This document shows, in pieces, positions 21,180-33,136 of a stretch of DNA of 64,000 nucleotides; position 1 is the stretch's first letter; each line of letters opens with the position of its first letter. The notes under the pieces were generated by a model, which made no database searches, had not been told where the DNA came from, and was given only the letters and a program-made list of their open reading frames with translations. The position numbers and the translations under genes were made by a program. Source of the DNA: an uncultured delta proteobacterium (GTDB taxonomy: Bacteria; Desulfobacterota; Binatia; Binatales; Binataceae); contig CAVVEB010000001.1 in NCBI GenBank assembly GCA_963747115.1, positions 134,554 to 198,553 on the forward strand, given 5' to 3'.

Positions 21180-22471
21180 CGCCGCTGTCGAAGCGCATCG
21201 AACCCTTCCGCGCCTTGCTTTACAATCCGGATCGTATCGGCAATCTGCGCGAAGTGGTCGCGCCGCCGTACGACCTCATCGGCGAGAATCGTCAGAGCGG
21301 ACTTTACCGCCGCAGCCCATACAATATCGTCCGCCTGGAACTCGGCCGCGAAACGGATCGCTACGCCGCGTCTGCCGCGACGCTGGCAAAATGGCGCGCC
21401 GAGGGAATCCTCCGGCTGACGCCGAAGCCCTCAATTTACCTGTATACGCAGCTCTTCGAGATCGATGGCCGCAAGTTCAGGCGCGACGGCTTAGTGGTTC
21501 GCTTTCGTATCGAGGAGTTCGGCGCGGGCAGAATTCTTCCACACGAAAAAACTTTTCCCGCCGCCAAGGAGGACCGCCTCAAGCTCCTTACTGCGCTCAA
21601 CACCAACGTGAGCTCGATTTTCGGCTTGTATTCAGGAAAGCATGCGGAACTGGACGCGTTGATCGCTAGTGCGGCGACTCGCGCGCCGCTCGCCGATGTG
21701 GTCGACGATCTTGGAATCGAAAATCAACTGCGGACGATCGACGATCGCGATGAAATTGAAGTCATCCAGCGTGCGCTCGACTCTTCGCTGATTCTGATCG
21801 CCGATGGACATCATCGCTACGAGACGGCGCTCAACTATCGCAAGATTCGCCACGCCGCCGAAGGCAACAGCGGCGCGCTGAGCGGCTACGACTACACCAT
21901 GATGACGCTGGTGGGATGCGACAGTCCCGGCCTGGTGATCCTGCCGACGCATCGCGTGGTGAAGCACCTCGAAGCGCAGGCACTCGCGTCATTTGCGAAG
22001 CGTGCGCGTGAAAGCTTCGAGGTTGAGGAGTGCATATCCGGCAATGAGATGCGCGCGGGGTTGTCACGCCGCGGTCGTGGAACTATCGGTATCGCGCTCC
22101 GAGGAGCACAGAAGATGTGGCTGCTGCGGCTTCGCGACCCGCGTGCGCTGGAGTCCGCTCTGCCACAGACACCGCCGGTGGTGCGCGAGCTCGACGTCTC
22201 GATTTTGCACGCGCTGGTATTCGACCGAATTTTCGGGATCAAGCCCGCGGCGATCAAAGCCGGCGGCAATGTCGAATATACGATCGATGCGGACGGCGCC
22301 CTCGACGCGGTGTCCGGTGGCAATGCGGATGGAGCCTTCCTTATGAATCCCCCGTCGGTCGACGACGTACGCCGGGTAAGCGATTCGGGCGCAACGATGC
22401 CGGAAAAATCGACCTACTTCTACCCGAAACTGATCACCGGTCTCTTCATGAATCCGCTCGCAGCCGATTGA
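21176..22471 (+). CDS. DUF1015 family protein
   Basis: APPYD, ILPHEKT, IADGHHRY, KSTYFYPK. Confidence 0.92.
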   Translation: MTPLSKRIEPFRALLYNPDRIGNLREVVAPPYDLIGENRQSGLYRRSPYNIVRLELGRETDRYAASAATLAKWRAEGILRLTPKPSIYLYTQLFEIDGRKFRRDGLVVRFRIEEFGAGRILPHEKTFPAAKEDRLKLLTALNTNVSSIFGLYSGKHAELDALIASAATRAPLADVVDDLGIENQLRTIDDRDEIEVIQRALDSSLILIADGHHRYETALNYRKIRHAAEGNSGALSGYDYTMMTLVGCDSPGLVILPTHRVVKHLEAQALASFAKRARESFEVEECISGNEMRAGLSRRGRGTIGIALRGAQKMWLLRLRDPRALESALPQTPPVVRELDVSILHALVFDRIFGIKPAAIKAGGNVEYTIDADGALDAVSGGNADGAFLMNPPSVDDVRRVSDSGATMPEKSTYFYPKLITGLFMNPLAAD

Positions 22472-22543
22472 TTCTCGCAGGTTTGTCCGCGGACCCTTTT
22501 TCTTGAAAATAAATGCGTGACGTAACAGCGAGGTGACCGCCGC

Positions 22544-22900
22544 ATGAAATACACACGTATCTATACCGACGCGAAAGGCGAAACTCATCTGCAGGACATC
22601 GAGCCCGATATGAAAGCCACCGAACACGCCTCAACCATGTCCGCAATGATCGCAGCCAAGGGCGTGATCTTTCGCGAGAGCAACAGCGAGGAATATTTCA
22701 TCGATTGGCACAACGCGCCGCGACGCCAGTTCGTCGTGAATCTCAGCGGTGAAGTTGAGATCACGGTCAGCGATGGCGAGAAGCGCCGCTTCGGAGCCGG
22801 CTCCATCTTGCTCGCGGAAGATGTCACCGGCAAAGGTCACATCTCTCGCGGAGTCGGAAAGTCGGAGCGCCGGACGTTGTTCATCCCGCTCGCCGGCTAA
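22544..22900 (+). CDS. Cupin-like protein
   Basis: WHNAPRRQ...SGEVE...LAED.TG.GH; GAGG RBS. Confidence 0.8.
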   Translation: MKYTRIYTDAKGETHLQDIEPDMKATEHASTMSAMIAAKGVIFRESNSEEYFIDWHNAPRRQFVVNLSGEVEITVSDGEKRRFGAGSILLAEDVTGKGHISRGVGKSERRTLFIPLAG

Positions 22901-23589
22901 GCTGTAGCGGGTTTCATTCCCGAGAGTACCGCGAAGATCAGATTGCGATACGAACACGCGACGTCGATGAAGCCGGCCTCGCGCATCCACGTCAGTTGCT
23001 GGCCGACGGTCGCGGGCAGGTCCTGTTTCATCCGCTCCAGCGCGGCTTCAAGGTCGCGCTCGCTGATTTTCAGCTCACGCGCCCGCTTCATCCACATCGC
23101 GCGCGCATGCCGATCGTTCGCGCCAGCGTCGCCCGCAACCTGGTCCGCGTTGATGAACGCGCCGCCGGGCGTCAGGTACTTGAAGACATCGCCGAACAGA
23201 TGACGCTTGCCGCTGTCCGGCAGATGATGGAGCGCGAGCGCCGAGACCACCGCGTCATAGGTTTTCGATTGCGCGGCCGCGCCGAAATCCGCGGTCACGA
23301 ATCGCACGCGCTTTCCGAGCGGCTTCAGGCGCTGGCGCGCGATCATCAGCATTTCGGGTGTCACGTCGAACAGTGTGAGACGCGATTTCGGAAACGCCTC
23401 GGCGATCATGCCTGACAGGATTCCGGTACCGGCGCCGAGATCGAGAACCTCGAAGCGATCCTCGCGCTTAAACGGCATCAGCTCGACCGCGGTGCGATAG
23501 AAATCCTCGAAGCACGGAACCAGTTTGCGCCGCGCGCGATCGTAATTGTCGGCGCCGGCTGCGAATGCTTTGCGAGCCGCTTTGGCCAT
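22897..23589 (-). CDS. Class I SAM-dependent methyltransferase
   Basis: LDLGAGTG, YDAVVSALALHHL, GGAFINAD; start MAKAARK inferred. Confidence 0.9.
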   Translation of the reverse strand: MAKAARKAFAAGADNYDRARRKLVPCFEDFYRTAVELMPFKREDRFEVLDLGAGTGILSGMIAEAFPKSRLTLFDVTPEMLMIARQRLKPLGKRVRFVTADFGAAAQSKTYDAVVSALALHHLPDSGKRHLFGDVFKYLTPGGAFINADQVAGDAGANDRHARAMWMKRARELKISERDLEAALERMKQDLPATVGQQLTWMREAGFIDVACSYRNLIFAVLSGMKPATA

Positions 23590-23642
23590 GGGCTCAGGGT
23601 AGCGAGTGCGGCCGCATTGGGCGAGCGGCGCGATCGGATCAC

Positions 23643-24425
23643 TCATACCCGCTGCAGCACTCCCATCCATCGCCGATCGCATTCTTCCAGTGGAGTGACG
23701 AAAGAAAGATCAGTATACACCGCGATCATTTCGAACATATGCGAAGCCTTCGCGGCGAGCTCCAGGAGCGGCGGCACCGTGTAGCGAATCGGGATCACGT
23801 CGCGCGTCGTCAGCGTCCGATCGCGAAACTGGATGCGGCACTCGAGCTCGAAAATCGACTGTATCCCCGTATGCCACGGGAACGGCCGATCATAGGTGGT
23901 CACTTCGACAGTCGCGTCAGCGGTGCGGACTTCTCGCCGCTGCCATCGCTTGCGCTCGCGCACCATCCGGATTCGATCCATCTTGTCGATATCAACACAG
24001 TAGAGTCCGCCGTGGCGCAGCAGGCGCCCGACCGAATGCAGATGGGAGAGCAGATCATCGTTGCTGATCAGAACCGGGAAAGTTTCCGACATGAAGAAGG
24101 CCACGTCGAAACCCTTCTCCGGTATGGAGAATCTGTTGATCTCGCGTTGGTAGAAGCGCACGCCCGATCGATCGCGCGATCCTTTTTTGCCCGCCGCGAT
24201 CATCGTCGGCGAGCGATCGATGCCGACCACTCGCATCCCCTCGCGCGCGAGGATCTGTCCGTGCGGCGAATTGCCCGACGCGATATCGAGCACGCGCCGC
24301 ACCGGTTTTTTCATATGGCGACGAAAGACTTTTTTGAGGAATTCGGTTTCCTCTTCGATCTCTCCCGGCTGCTCCATGTGCACGCGCCGGAAGATCGCGG
24401 GATACTTGTAGATGCTCGGTTCCAT
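23643..24425 (-). CDS. Class I SAM-dependent methyltransferase
   Basis: VLDIASG, GIDRSPTMI, FDVAF, GGLYCVD. Confidence 0.85.
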   Translation of the reverse strand: MEPSIYKYPAIFRRVHMEQPGEIEEETEFLKKVFRRHMKKPVRRVLDIASGNSPHGQILAREGMRVVGIDRSPTMIAAGKKGSRDRSGVRFYQREINRFSIPEKGFDVAFFMSETFPVLISNDDLLSHLHSVGRLLRHGGLYCVDIDKMDRIRMVRERKRWQRREVRTADATVEVTTYDRPFPWHTGIQSIFELECRIQFRDRTLTTRDVIPIRYTVPPLLELAAKASHMFEMIAVYTDLSFVTPLEECDRRWMGVLQRV

Positions 24426-24441
24426 CGTCCGATCATGTTAG

Positions 24442-25881
<1,440 letters not shown>

Positions 25882-25883
25882 CG

Positions 25884-27407
25884 ATGAGCAGACCTCCGGT
25901 CGCCGCTCTGATCATTTTCGACGGATGGGGGATTCGCGCCGCGCACGAGGCCAACGCGATCGCGATGGCGAAAACTCCCGTCATGGATCGCCTCTACAAG
26001 ACCCAGGCGCATTCGCAGCTCGACGCGTCGGGCGAAGCGGTCGGGCTGCCGCCCGGCATCATGGGAAATTCCGAGGTCGGGCATCTGACCATCGGCGCCG
26101 GCCGCGTGATTTATCAGGACCTGATGCGCATCACGAAGGCGATCGAGAAGAGCGATTTTTCCCGCAATCCCGCGCTGCTCAATGCGATCCGGAATTCCAA
26201 AGGCCACACGCTTCACCTTTGGGGACTGCTCTCCGACGGCAGCGTGCATAGCCACATCGATCACCTGATCGCGATCCTCGATCTCGCGGCGAAAAATGGC
26301 GCCGGGGAAATCGCGGTCCATGCGATCCTCGATGGGCGCGACAAGCCGCCCCGCTCCGCGTTGCCGTTTATCGATCGCGTCGAAGCGAAGCTGAAGGAAT
26401 TGAAACGCGGCCGAATCGCGACGGTCTCGGGACGCTACTTCGCGATGGATCGCGACAAGCGATGGGACCGGGTCGAGCGCGCCTGGCGCAACATCGTCGA
26501 GGGCGATGCGCCCGTCGTCGCGAGCGCGCGCGAGGCGGTCGAGAAATCCTACGCCGCCGGCAAAAGCGATGAGTTCGTCGAGCCGGTGTCGATCGGCAAG
26601 CCGAGCAAGGTCAGCGACGGCGATCAGATCGTCTGTTACAACTTCCGCGCCGATCGCGCGCGCGAACTGACCAGCGCGTTCGCGCTCGAATCATTCAGCG
26701 GATTCACGCGCACGCGTTTTCCGAAGATCGGCTACGTCTGCATGACCGAATACGATCGCAGTCTCAATCTCCCGACCGCATTCGGCCCCGAGGACGTGAA
26801 GAATACCCTCGCCGAGGTTTTCGCACGCGAAAAAATTCGCAACCTCCGCATCGCGGAGACCGAGAAGTACGCGCACGTCACCTACTTTCTAAATGGCGGC
26901 GTCGAGAAGCCGTTTGCGTTCGAGGATCGCGTGCTGATTCCGTCGGCGAAGGTCGCGACCTACGATCTGGAGCCCGCGATGCGCGCGAAGGAGATCGCGG
27001 AGCGCGTCGCGAAAGAAATCGCGGCGGGCAGCGCCGATGTGATCGTCATCAATTTCGCCAATCCCGATATGGTCGGCCACACCGGCGTGATGGGCGCGAC
27101 GGTGACCGCGGTTGAGGCTACAGACGCCGCGCTCGGCATCGTGATCGAGGCGCTCGACCAACGCGGCGGCGTCGCGCTGATCACTTCCGATCACGGCAAC
27201 GCGGAGTTCATGGCCGATCCCGCGACCGGGCAGGCGCACACGGCGCACACGACCTTTCCGGTGCCGCTGATCGTTTTCGATCCTTCCTATAAGGGGAAGC
27301 TCAAAGATGGCGCGCTATTCGATGTGGCGCCGACCTTTCTCGCGATGCTGGGAATTGCGCAGCCCGCCGAAATGACCGGCCACGATTTGCGAACGACTAG
27401 TCCATAG
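25884..27407 (+). CDS. gpmI: 2,3-bisphosphoglycerate-independent phosphoglycerate mutase
   Basis: DGWG, GNSEVGH, GRYFAMDRD, AETEKYAHVT, DMVGHTG, DHGN. Confidence 0.97.
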   Translation: MSRPPVAALIIFDGWGIRAAHEANAIAMAKTPVMDRLYKTQAHSQLDASGEAVGLPPGIMGNSEVGHLTIGAGRVIYQDLMRITKAIEKSDFSRNPALLNAIRNSKGHTLHLWGLLSDGSVHSHIDHLIAILDLAAKNGAGEIAVHAILDGRDKPPRSALPFIDRVEAKLKELKRGRIATVSGRYFAMDRDKRWDRVERAWRNIVEGDAPVVASAREAVEKSYAAGKSDEFVEPVSIGKPSKVSDGDQIVCYNFRADRARELTSAFALESFSGFTRTRFPKIGYVCMTEYDRSLNLPTAFGPEDVKNTLAEVFAREKIRNLRIAETEKYAHVTYFLNGGVEKPFAFEDRVLIPSAKVATYDLEPAMRAKEIAERVAKEIAAGSADVIVINFANPDMVGHTGVMGATVTAVEATDAALGIVIEALDQRGGVALITSDHGNAEFMADPATGQAHTAHTTFPVPLIVFDPSYKGKLKDGALFDVAPTFLAMLGIAQPAEMTGHDLRTTSP

Positions 27408-27414
27408 CCCTTGC

Positions 27415-27438
27415 GGCACAGGCTTTAGCCTGTGTGCC
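27415..27438. repeat. REP-like hairpin after gpmI
   Basis: ggcacaggctttagcctgtgtgcc (CACAGGCT-TT-AGCCTGTG perfect stem). Confidence 0.6.
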
Positions 27439-27562
27439 TACACGGTCGCTGGTAGGGGTCGTTCGGGAAGGTGATAGGACTTTGCTGAATGTGGGGACGC
27501 TGGCGGCCACCTGAGCGGCCAGCCAGCATGCCGAATCAGTTGGAGTTCGCCCTTTTGCGCAA

Positions 27563-27934
27563 ATGAAAAAGCCATCGAAAGCACTCAAATCCGTATTGGT
27601 CGGTGTAGCGGCCTCAATTATCGTTGGTCTGCTTTTGGGATTCAGGGCTTGGCGATCGGAGTGGAATTTGCGCTCGCTTGAGGCGCAGTGTCGTGGTGAA
27701 AATACGGACAAAGATGTCCAATTAGTTTGCGACGCCAAGCGGCTGATTGACTTACAGAAACGGGCGGGTCCGCTGGTCGGCACGCAGGCGCAGATCGCAG
27801 AAAGGTCCGAGATGTTCGACGAACAATGCCGCCAGGTGTGGCTTGCCCTATTAGTGATCCCGTTGCCGTGGCTTTGGTATTTCATTCTCGATCGCATCCG
27901 TGAACTAAGTTCTGCGATTAGAGGTCAAGGTTGA
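27563..27934 (+). CDS. Hypothetical two-TM membrane protein
   Basis: 123-aa ORF with hydrophobic N- and C-terminal helices and a Cys-containing loop. Confidence 0.6.
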   Translation: MKKPSKALKSVLVGVAASIIVGLLLGFRAWRSEWNLRSLEAQCRGENTDKDVQLVCDAKRLIDLQKRAGPLVGTQAQIAERSEMFDEQCRQVWLALLVIPLPWLWYFILDRIRELSSAIRGQG

Positions 27935-28055
27935 TTCTCTCGTCTTCCGGCGCTTGGCCCGCGCGGCGCTTCTGCGCTCGGTACTGCGGATGAGTTTTCA
28001 GGTGGTACTCGCCGCATAGACGGCAGAAAAAATGAATGATCTTCTGCTTGTACAT
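27918..28055 (-). CDS. Putative 45-aa CxxC-H-H microprotein
   Basis: MYKQKIIHFFCRLCGEYHLKTHPQYRAQKRR...; starts 12 nt after the stop of the upstream minus-strand gene; below the ORF-track cutoff. Confidence 0.45.
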   Translation of the reverse strand: MYKQKIIHFFCRLCGEYHLKTHPQYRAQKRRAGQAPEDERINLDL

Positions 28056-28067
28056 AGAGCGGGGACT

Positions 28068-28694
28068 CTATGCGTCGTAACGCCTCATGATCTCGCGCAA
28101 TCTCTCAAGCTGTGTAAGGACTTCGCCTCTTATTTGAGAGTGGGCCTGATTCAGAACAGCAAATTGCCGTCCAGCATCTCTTTGTTCAGGCGAAATGGGG
28201 GCATCAAACTCGACGGTCTCTGGATCCGTGAGCGAGCCCCGCACTTCATCCCGCCACGCTTCGACAGCGCCTTTCCAGCGCTCAAAGTCTTGGTTAGAGG
28301 TCAGAGTCTCCCCAAGGTACGCAACTTTCGCCAATTCATGATAAGCGGCGAGTAAATTCGCATTCGCTTTGCGTATAGCAACAGCGTTGGCGCTGGCCCT
28401 TAGGTCTTTAATCTCGTCAGACTTTTTATCGAGAGCGTCTCGCTCTTCATTCCACGCCAGAAAACTGGCGAACAAAATGCCGCCGCCGAAAAAGAGAGCA
28501 GCGACATCTCGATAGGTGTGAGGGGACAACGTAGCGAGATTGGCAACGCGTCGCGCGTGTTCCTGTGAAAGAAGCGGGCTGACCCAACTTGGAATCGACA
28601 ACAAAAAACTGCCAAGCAATGCCCCTAGTAGTGCATAGCCGTGCCTAATGATGGCCAAAACCCACGCCAAAAAGCGTCGCAACAAGTTGTCCAT
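28068..28694 (-). CDS. Hypothetical membrane protein
   Basis: 208-aa ORF with two TM segments and a helical C-terminal region. Confidence 0.65.
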   Translation of the reverse strand: MDNLLRRFLAWVLAIIRHGYALLGALLGSFLLSIPSWVSPLLSQEHARRVANLATLSPHTYRDVAALFFGGGILFASFLAWNEERDALDKKSDEIKDLRASANAVAIRKANANLLAAYHELAKVAYLGETLTSNQDFERWKGAVEAWRDEVRGSLTDPETVEFDAPISPEQRDAGRQFAVLNQAHSQIRGEVLTQLERLREIMRRYDA

Positions 28695-28808
28695 CGTTGC
28701 AGCATAGGGTGCCGTTCCGTGCTAGTCACGCTCGGCACAATCGCCTTCGGGAACGACCCGCAACGATAGTGCAAGCGCGAAGATTTTCCACAATCGCGAC
28801 ATCGCTGC

Positions 28809-28833
28809 GGGCGGTTCGCGAAACCGCCCCTAC
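28809..28833. repeat. GTAG-type REP palindrome
   Basis: gggcggttcgcgaaaccgcccctac; minus strand begins GTAG followed by a hairpin. Confidence 0.65.
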
Positions 28834-28869
28834 CAGGAGTGCGCGAAGCGATCGATTTTTCCACAGCCC

Positions 28870-29085
28870 TCATCCCGCGTGGGTCTCCAACTTCTTGATT
28901 CTCTGCGTCAGCTTCTCGATTTCCTCGTACGCGTCGCTTTGGTCATGCCTCGTTAGAAAATACATAGCCAAAATGAACAAAAATAATGCGTAATCGCCGT
29001 TCGTCCAGCTCGCCCCGATAGCCACGTATGTTGCCGCCACCGAGACCAAGATCCCCAAGACTATATACCAGCCCGAGACGCTCAT
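28870..29085 (-). CDS. Small two-TM hypothetical protein
   Basis: 71 aa, two hydrophobic helices and a coiled-coil-like tail. Confidence 0.55.
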   Translation of the reverse strand: MSVSGWYIVLGILVSVAATYVAIGASWTNGDYALFLFILAMYFLTRHDQSDAYEEIEKLTQRIKKLETHAG

Positions 29086-29183
29086 TTTGCGTTCGCTCCA
29101 AATTGTTGCTTATAGTTCCCCAAATGAAAGTGACTTTACCAAAAGAATTTTTGCGAATGCAGCGCGTGATGCAACGATTGATT

Positions 29184-29429
29184 TCAGCTGTGGGCGTTCC
29201 CTTGGATTCCCTCAATCAGCGTAGCGATCAAGTCGTGCACAACGGGGTCGGGGACGCTGGTACAAGCGTTGCCGAGAGCAAACGCGAAAAGCCTTTTCGC
29301 ATCAGGGCTGTGCTGCAACAGAGCGGGAAGCGCGTTGAGCAGCACGATCGTGAGAAATTGGACCTGCTGTTCAAGGTTTGGCCGATTCGGACTCTTGGGG
29401 TCGAGAATATCCGCGATGTTCTTTGCCAT
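29184..29429 (-). CDS. Hypothetical protein
   Basis: 81-aa ORF with GGGAG immediately upstream. Confidence 0.45.
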   Translation of the reverse strand: MAKNIADILDPKSPNRPNLEQQVQFLTIVLLNALPALLQHSPDAKRLFAFALGNACTSVPDPVVHDLIATLIEGIQGNAHS

Positions 29430-29473
29430 CTCCCGAGTTTAGTCCGTAAGCCCTCCGAATGCTCACGTTCTAA

Positions 29474-31559
29474 TTACCAGCGGATGACTTGCTCGTAAAC
29501 CTTCGGCAACTGCATCGGCAGCGACGTGATGTCCTCGATCACGAGATAGCGCGAGGACTGGCACATCTGGCGCAAGTAGTCGTGCCCGGTCTTGTCCACC
29601 GTGATGCAGAACGGCAGCACTCCCGCGAGTTCGAGTTCCTTCAACGCGACCATCGTGTCCTGAATGCCGTAGGCGTTCGAGCGGCGATCGTGGCCGTAGT
29701 CGAAGTCCTGGGGAAATCCGTCGCTCAGCAGGATCATGTGCTTCGAGCGCGATGAAACATCCTTGAATTTCTCGCGCACATGGCGAATCGCCGCGCCCAT
29801 CCTGGTCGATCGCTTGGGCTCGATCGATCCGATGCGGCATCGCACTTCGTCGGACAGCTCCTGATCGAATTCCTTGATGACGTAGAACTCGACGTTGTCG
29901 CGTCCGTGGCCCGAGAAACCCATGATGGCGTAGGAATCGCCGATTTCCTCGAGCGCCTGCGCCATGATGACGAGCGCTTCCTTGTTGACGTCGATGATCC
30001 GGCGCGGACGCGCGCTCGGCTGCGGACGGCGCTGCCACGCTTTCATCCAATCGTCATCGGTATTGTCGTCGTCGTTATAGCTTGCGCGGCTCGCGATGAA
30101 TCGGCTCATCGGTTGAGGCCGACATATCGAGCAGGAACAACGTGGCGACATCGCGCGATTCTTTTTTCCGCGCCGTATAGACGCGGCCGTCGGGCACTTC
30201 GCCCATCATGCGTGAGACGCGCATTTCGATTGAACGATCGAGATCGATTTCGTCGCCGTCTTCCAGCCCGCGCACCATCCGGTACGAGGCCGGCCGAATC
30301 CGCTGGAAATGCCGCCGCACCACCGGCAGCATCTCGGAATATTTTTGCAGCGTGTTGGCGTAGTAATCGCCGTCGTCTCCGGTAAGCTCGACCTCGCGCA
30401 GGCGGCACCAGTTGCGCCGATATTCGCCGAGCACGTAATCCCATTCGTCGTAAGCGTAGTAGGAATCCTGACGGTTGCGGCTCATCATCAGCCGTCCGTG
30501 TCCCGCGGCGCCGCCGATCTCGCCGAGTTGTTCGCGCATTTCCTCCAGCTCTTTGGCCTGCTTGTTCGTGAGCTGGGTTAGATACATCCCCTCGCCGTCG
30601 GCCTCGCCGCTGGATTGCGACGGATCGATCTGCGCGCCTTGTTCGAGCAGCTTTTTCAATTCCTCGGGTGAGAGCGCGCGGCTGGTCCCGCCTTTGCCGG
30701 ACTTGCCCGCGACCTGCATATTCACATCCTGATTGGGCTCGCCGCCTTCGGGATCGCTGTCGCCGGTGTCATCGCCTTGCGCGGGAGAATCGCTGCCGGA
30801 GCCTTTGATCGCGCTGATGAGGTCGTTGCGCATCTGGTCGGCGCCTTCGAGCGGATTGCCCTCGCCCGCCTCGCGCGCGGACTTGATCAATTCCTGAATC
30901 CATTGATAGAGCGCACCCGCCTGCCGCGTGCTGTCCAAGACGTTGGAACCGCTGTCGCGCAGCGGCTCGAAGTACATCGAAGCCTCGGCGGCGAAGCCTC
31001 CGAGCGCGTGCTCCTCGGGCGAAACCATCCCCAGCGAAGCGCGCACCAGAATGGTGCTGAGCGCCATCGGACTGAGTCTTTCCACCAGCGCGAGATTGAG
31101 GCTGGCGACTTTCGGCGCGAGACCGCGATAGCGCCGGCGCAGCTCCGCGTCGATTCGCGCCGACTCGCAAAGCCGCATCAGCGCGCCGCCGAGTCCCGGG
31201 TCCTCGAACGACGCGACGAAGCAATCGATCGCCTCGGCGCCTTTTTCGCCGCGCTCATCGAAGCCGGGAATGTCGGACAGGCATAGATCGAAGGTGCCGA
31301 ATTCGTGGCGGCTGGCGAGATGCGCCGCGAGCGCGAAAAAATAGTCGTGGGTCTGTTTCGCATCAGCGAGCGAATCGATGCGCTCGGGAAGATAGATCAT
31401 CTCCCCCGCCATCAGGGGATAATGAAACGGGAGCATCATCGACGAGTTGGCGAGCGAGTCGACGCGGAATTCGAGCGGAAAAAGCATCCGCATGAATTTC
31501 GTGACTACACCCTTGATCTCGTGCAGTGAGAGAACTGAATTCGCGCCGGTATCTGACAT
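29474..31559 (-). CDS. NorD/CbbO-like VWA domain protein (frameshift near 30080)
   Basis: YDEWDY, EDGDEIDLD, MIDAS LDMSAST, STRMGAAIRH, LLSDGFPQD; split over ORFs 30075..31562 and 29474..30151. Confidence 0.88.
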
Positions 31560-31717
31560 CACGGATTAATTGATTCTTGCAACACCGGAGCTTTCGCGCA
31601 ATTTGCGCCAATTAGGAATCAGAGGCCTGGCGCGATCGCATACAGACGCGGCGAGCGAGCGCAATCGGTTAGTACCTTGACATCGCGCCATGAGCGAGAC
31701 TTAATCGATAGCTGATC

Positions 31718-33136
31718 ATGCTGCATTTCTTTCGCTCCCGAGGTCACACCGCCGGGCTGGTTGGCGCGATCGCAATCGCGGTCTCAGTCGCGCTCGCCGA
31801 CGCCGCCCGCGCGGGTATCTCCGATAACGTCAAGAGCGTGACGCTGCCCAACGGCTTGCAGATGCTGGTGCTGGAGAACCATAAGGCGCCGGTCGCGACG
31901 TTTCACGTTTTCTACAAGGTCGGTTCGCGCAACGAACAGGTGGGCAAGACCGGCCTCTCGCATCTGATCGAGCATCTGATGTTTCGCGGGACCAAAAAAT
32001 ACGGGCCCGAAGAATTCGACCAGATCATTCAGGCAAACGGCGGCGAGCTCAACGCGATGACCTCGGAGGACTACACCGAATACTTCGAGAATATCAATCG
32101 CGATCATCTCGACGTGCCGATTTCGCTCGAAGCGGATCGGATGGCGAATTTCGAGCCCAAGGGTTTCGACGCGGAAAAAGCGGTGGTCGAAGAAGAACGC
32201 AGGATGCGCACCGACGACAATCCGGAAGACGCGCTCGACGAGCTTTGCCGCGCGCAGGCGTATATCGAACATCCGTATCACTGGCCGACTATCGGATGGA
32301 TGCACGACGTTCAGGGCCTGACGCTGGACGACGCGATGCAATATCACGCGGTGTACTACTCGCCGCAGAACGCGATCGTCGTCGCGATCGGCGACTTCGA
32401 CGCCACCAAGGTCATTCAGGAGATCGCCGAGCAGTTCGGCTCGATCAAGAACGGCCCCAAAGCGCCGCCCTTCGATCAGATCGAACCGCCGCAAGAGGGC
32501 GAGCGGCGGGTGATCTTGCGTCACGCCGCGAACCTGCCGGCATTTGAGGAATCGTATCACGTGCCGAATCTCAAAAGCCCGGACGCATACGCGCTGGAGG
32601 TTCTGTCGGAGGTTCTCGCGGACGGGAAGAGCTCGCGGCTGTACAAGGACCTCGTGGTCGACAAGCGGATGGTGATCGGAATCGGCGCGGGCTCCGATCT
32701 GACCTCGTTCGATCCGCCGCTGTTTACTTTCGCGGGGCAGTTGCGGCCGGGCGTGAAATCAGCGGACGTGATCGCCGAGGTCGACAAGCAGATCGAGCAG
32801 TTGCGCGACCAGCCTCCAGCGGCGGACGAACTGCAGAAGGCGAAGAATCTCGAAGAGGCGGAATTCGTTTACGGCCAGGATTCCATTTTCAATGAGGCGA
32901 TGCTGCTCGGGATTTATCAGATGCTCGGCGACTACAAGAAGGTCGATCAATATTTGCCCTCGATAGAAAAGGTCACCGCGCAGGACGTTCAGCGCGTCGC
33001 GCGGAAGTATCTGGTCGTCACCAATCGCACGGTCGCGGTGCTGGAACCCACCGGGATGTTGCCGCAACAGGCGGGCGGCAGTCCTAGCGGCGGGACCGTG
33101 CGCCGCTCGATGAGTATCGCAGGCGGTGTGCGATGA
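31718..33136 (+). CDS. M16 family zinc peptidase, catalytic subunit
   Basis: Signal peptide, GSRNE..G.TGLSHLIEHLMFRGT (HxxEH), EERR. Confidence 0.93.
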   Translation: MLHFFRSRGHTAGLVGAIAIAVSVALADAARAGISDNVKSVTLPNGLQMLVLENHKAPVATFHVFYKVGSRNEQVGKTGLSHLIEHLMFRGTKKYGPEEFDQIIQANGGELNAMTSEDYTEYFENINRDHLDVPISLEADRMANFEPKGFDAEKAVVEEERRMRTDDNPEDALDELCRAQAYIEHPYHWPTIGWMHDVQGLTLDDAMQYHAVYYSPQNAIVVAIGDFDATKVIQEIAEQFGSIKNGPKAPPFDQIEPPQEGERRVILRHAANLPAFEESYHVPNLKSPDAYALEVLSEVLADGKSSRLYKDLVVDKRMVIGIGAGSDLTSFDPPLFTFAGQLRPGVKSADVIAEVDKQIEQLRDQPPAADELQKAKNLEEAEFVYGQDSIFNEAMLLGIYQMLGDYKKVDQYLPSIEKVTAQDVQRVARKYLVVTNRTVAVLEPTGMLPQQAGGSPSGGTVRRSMSIAGGVR

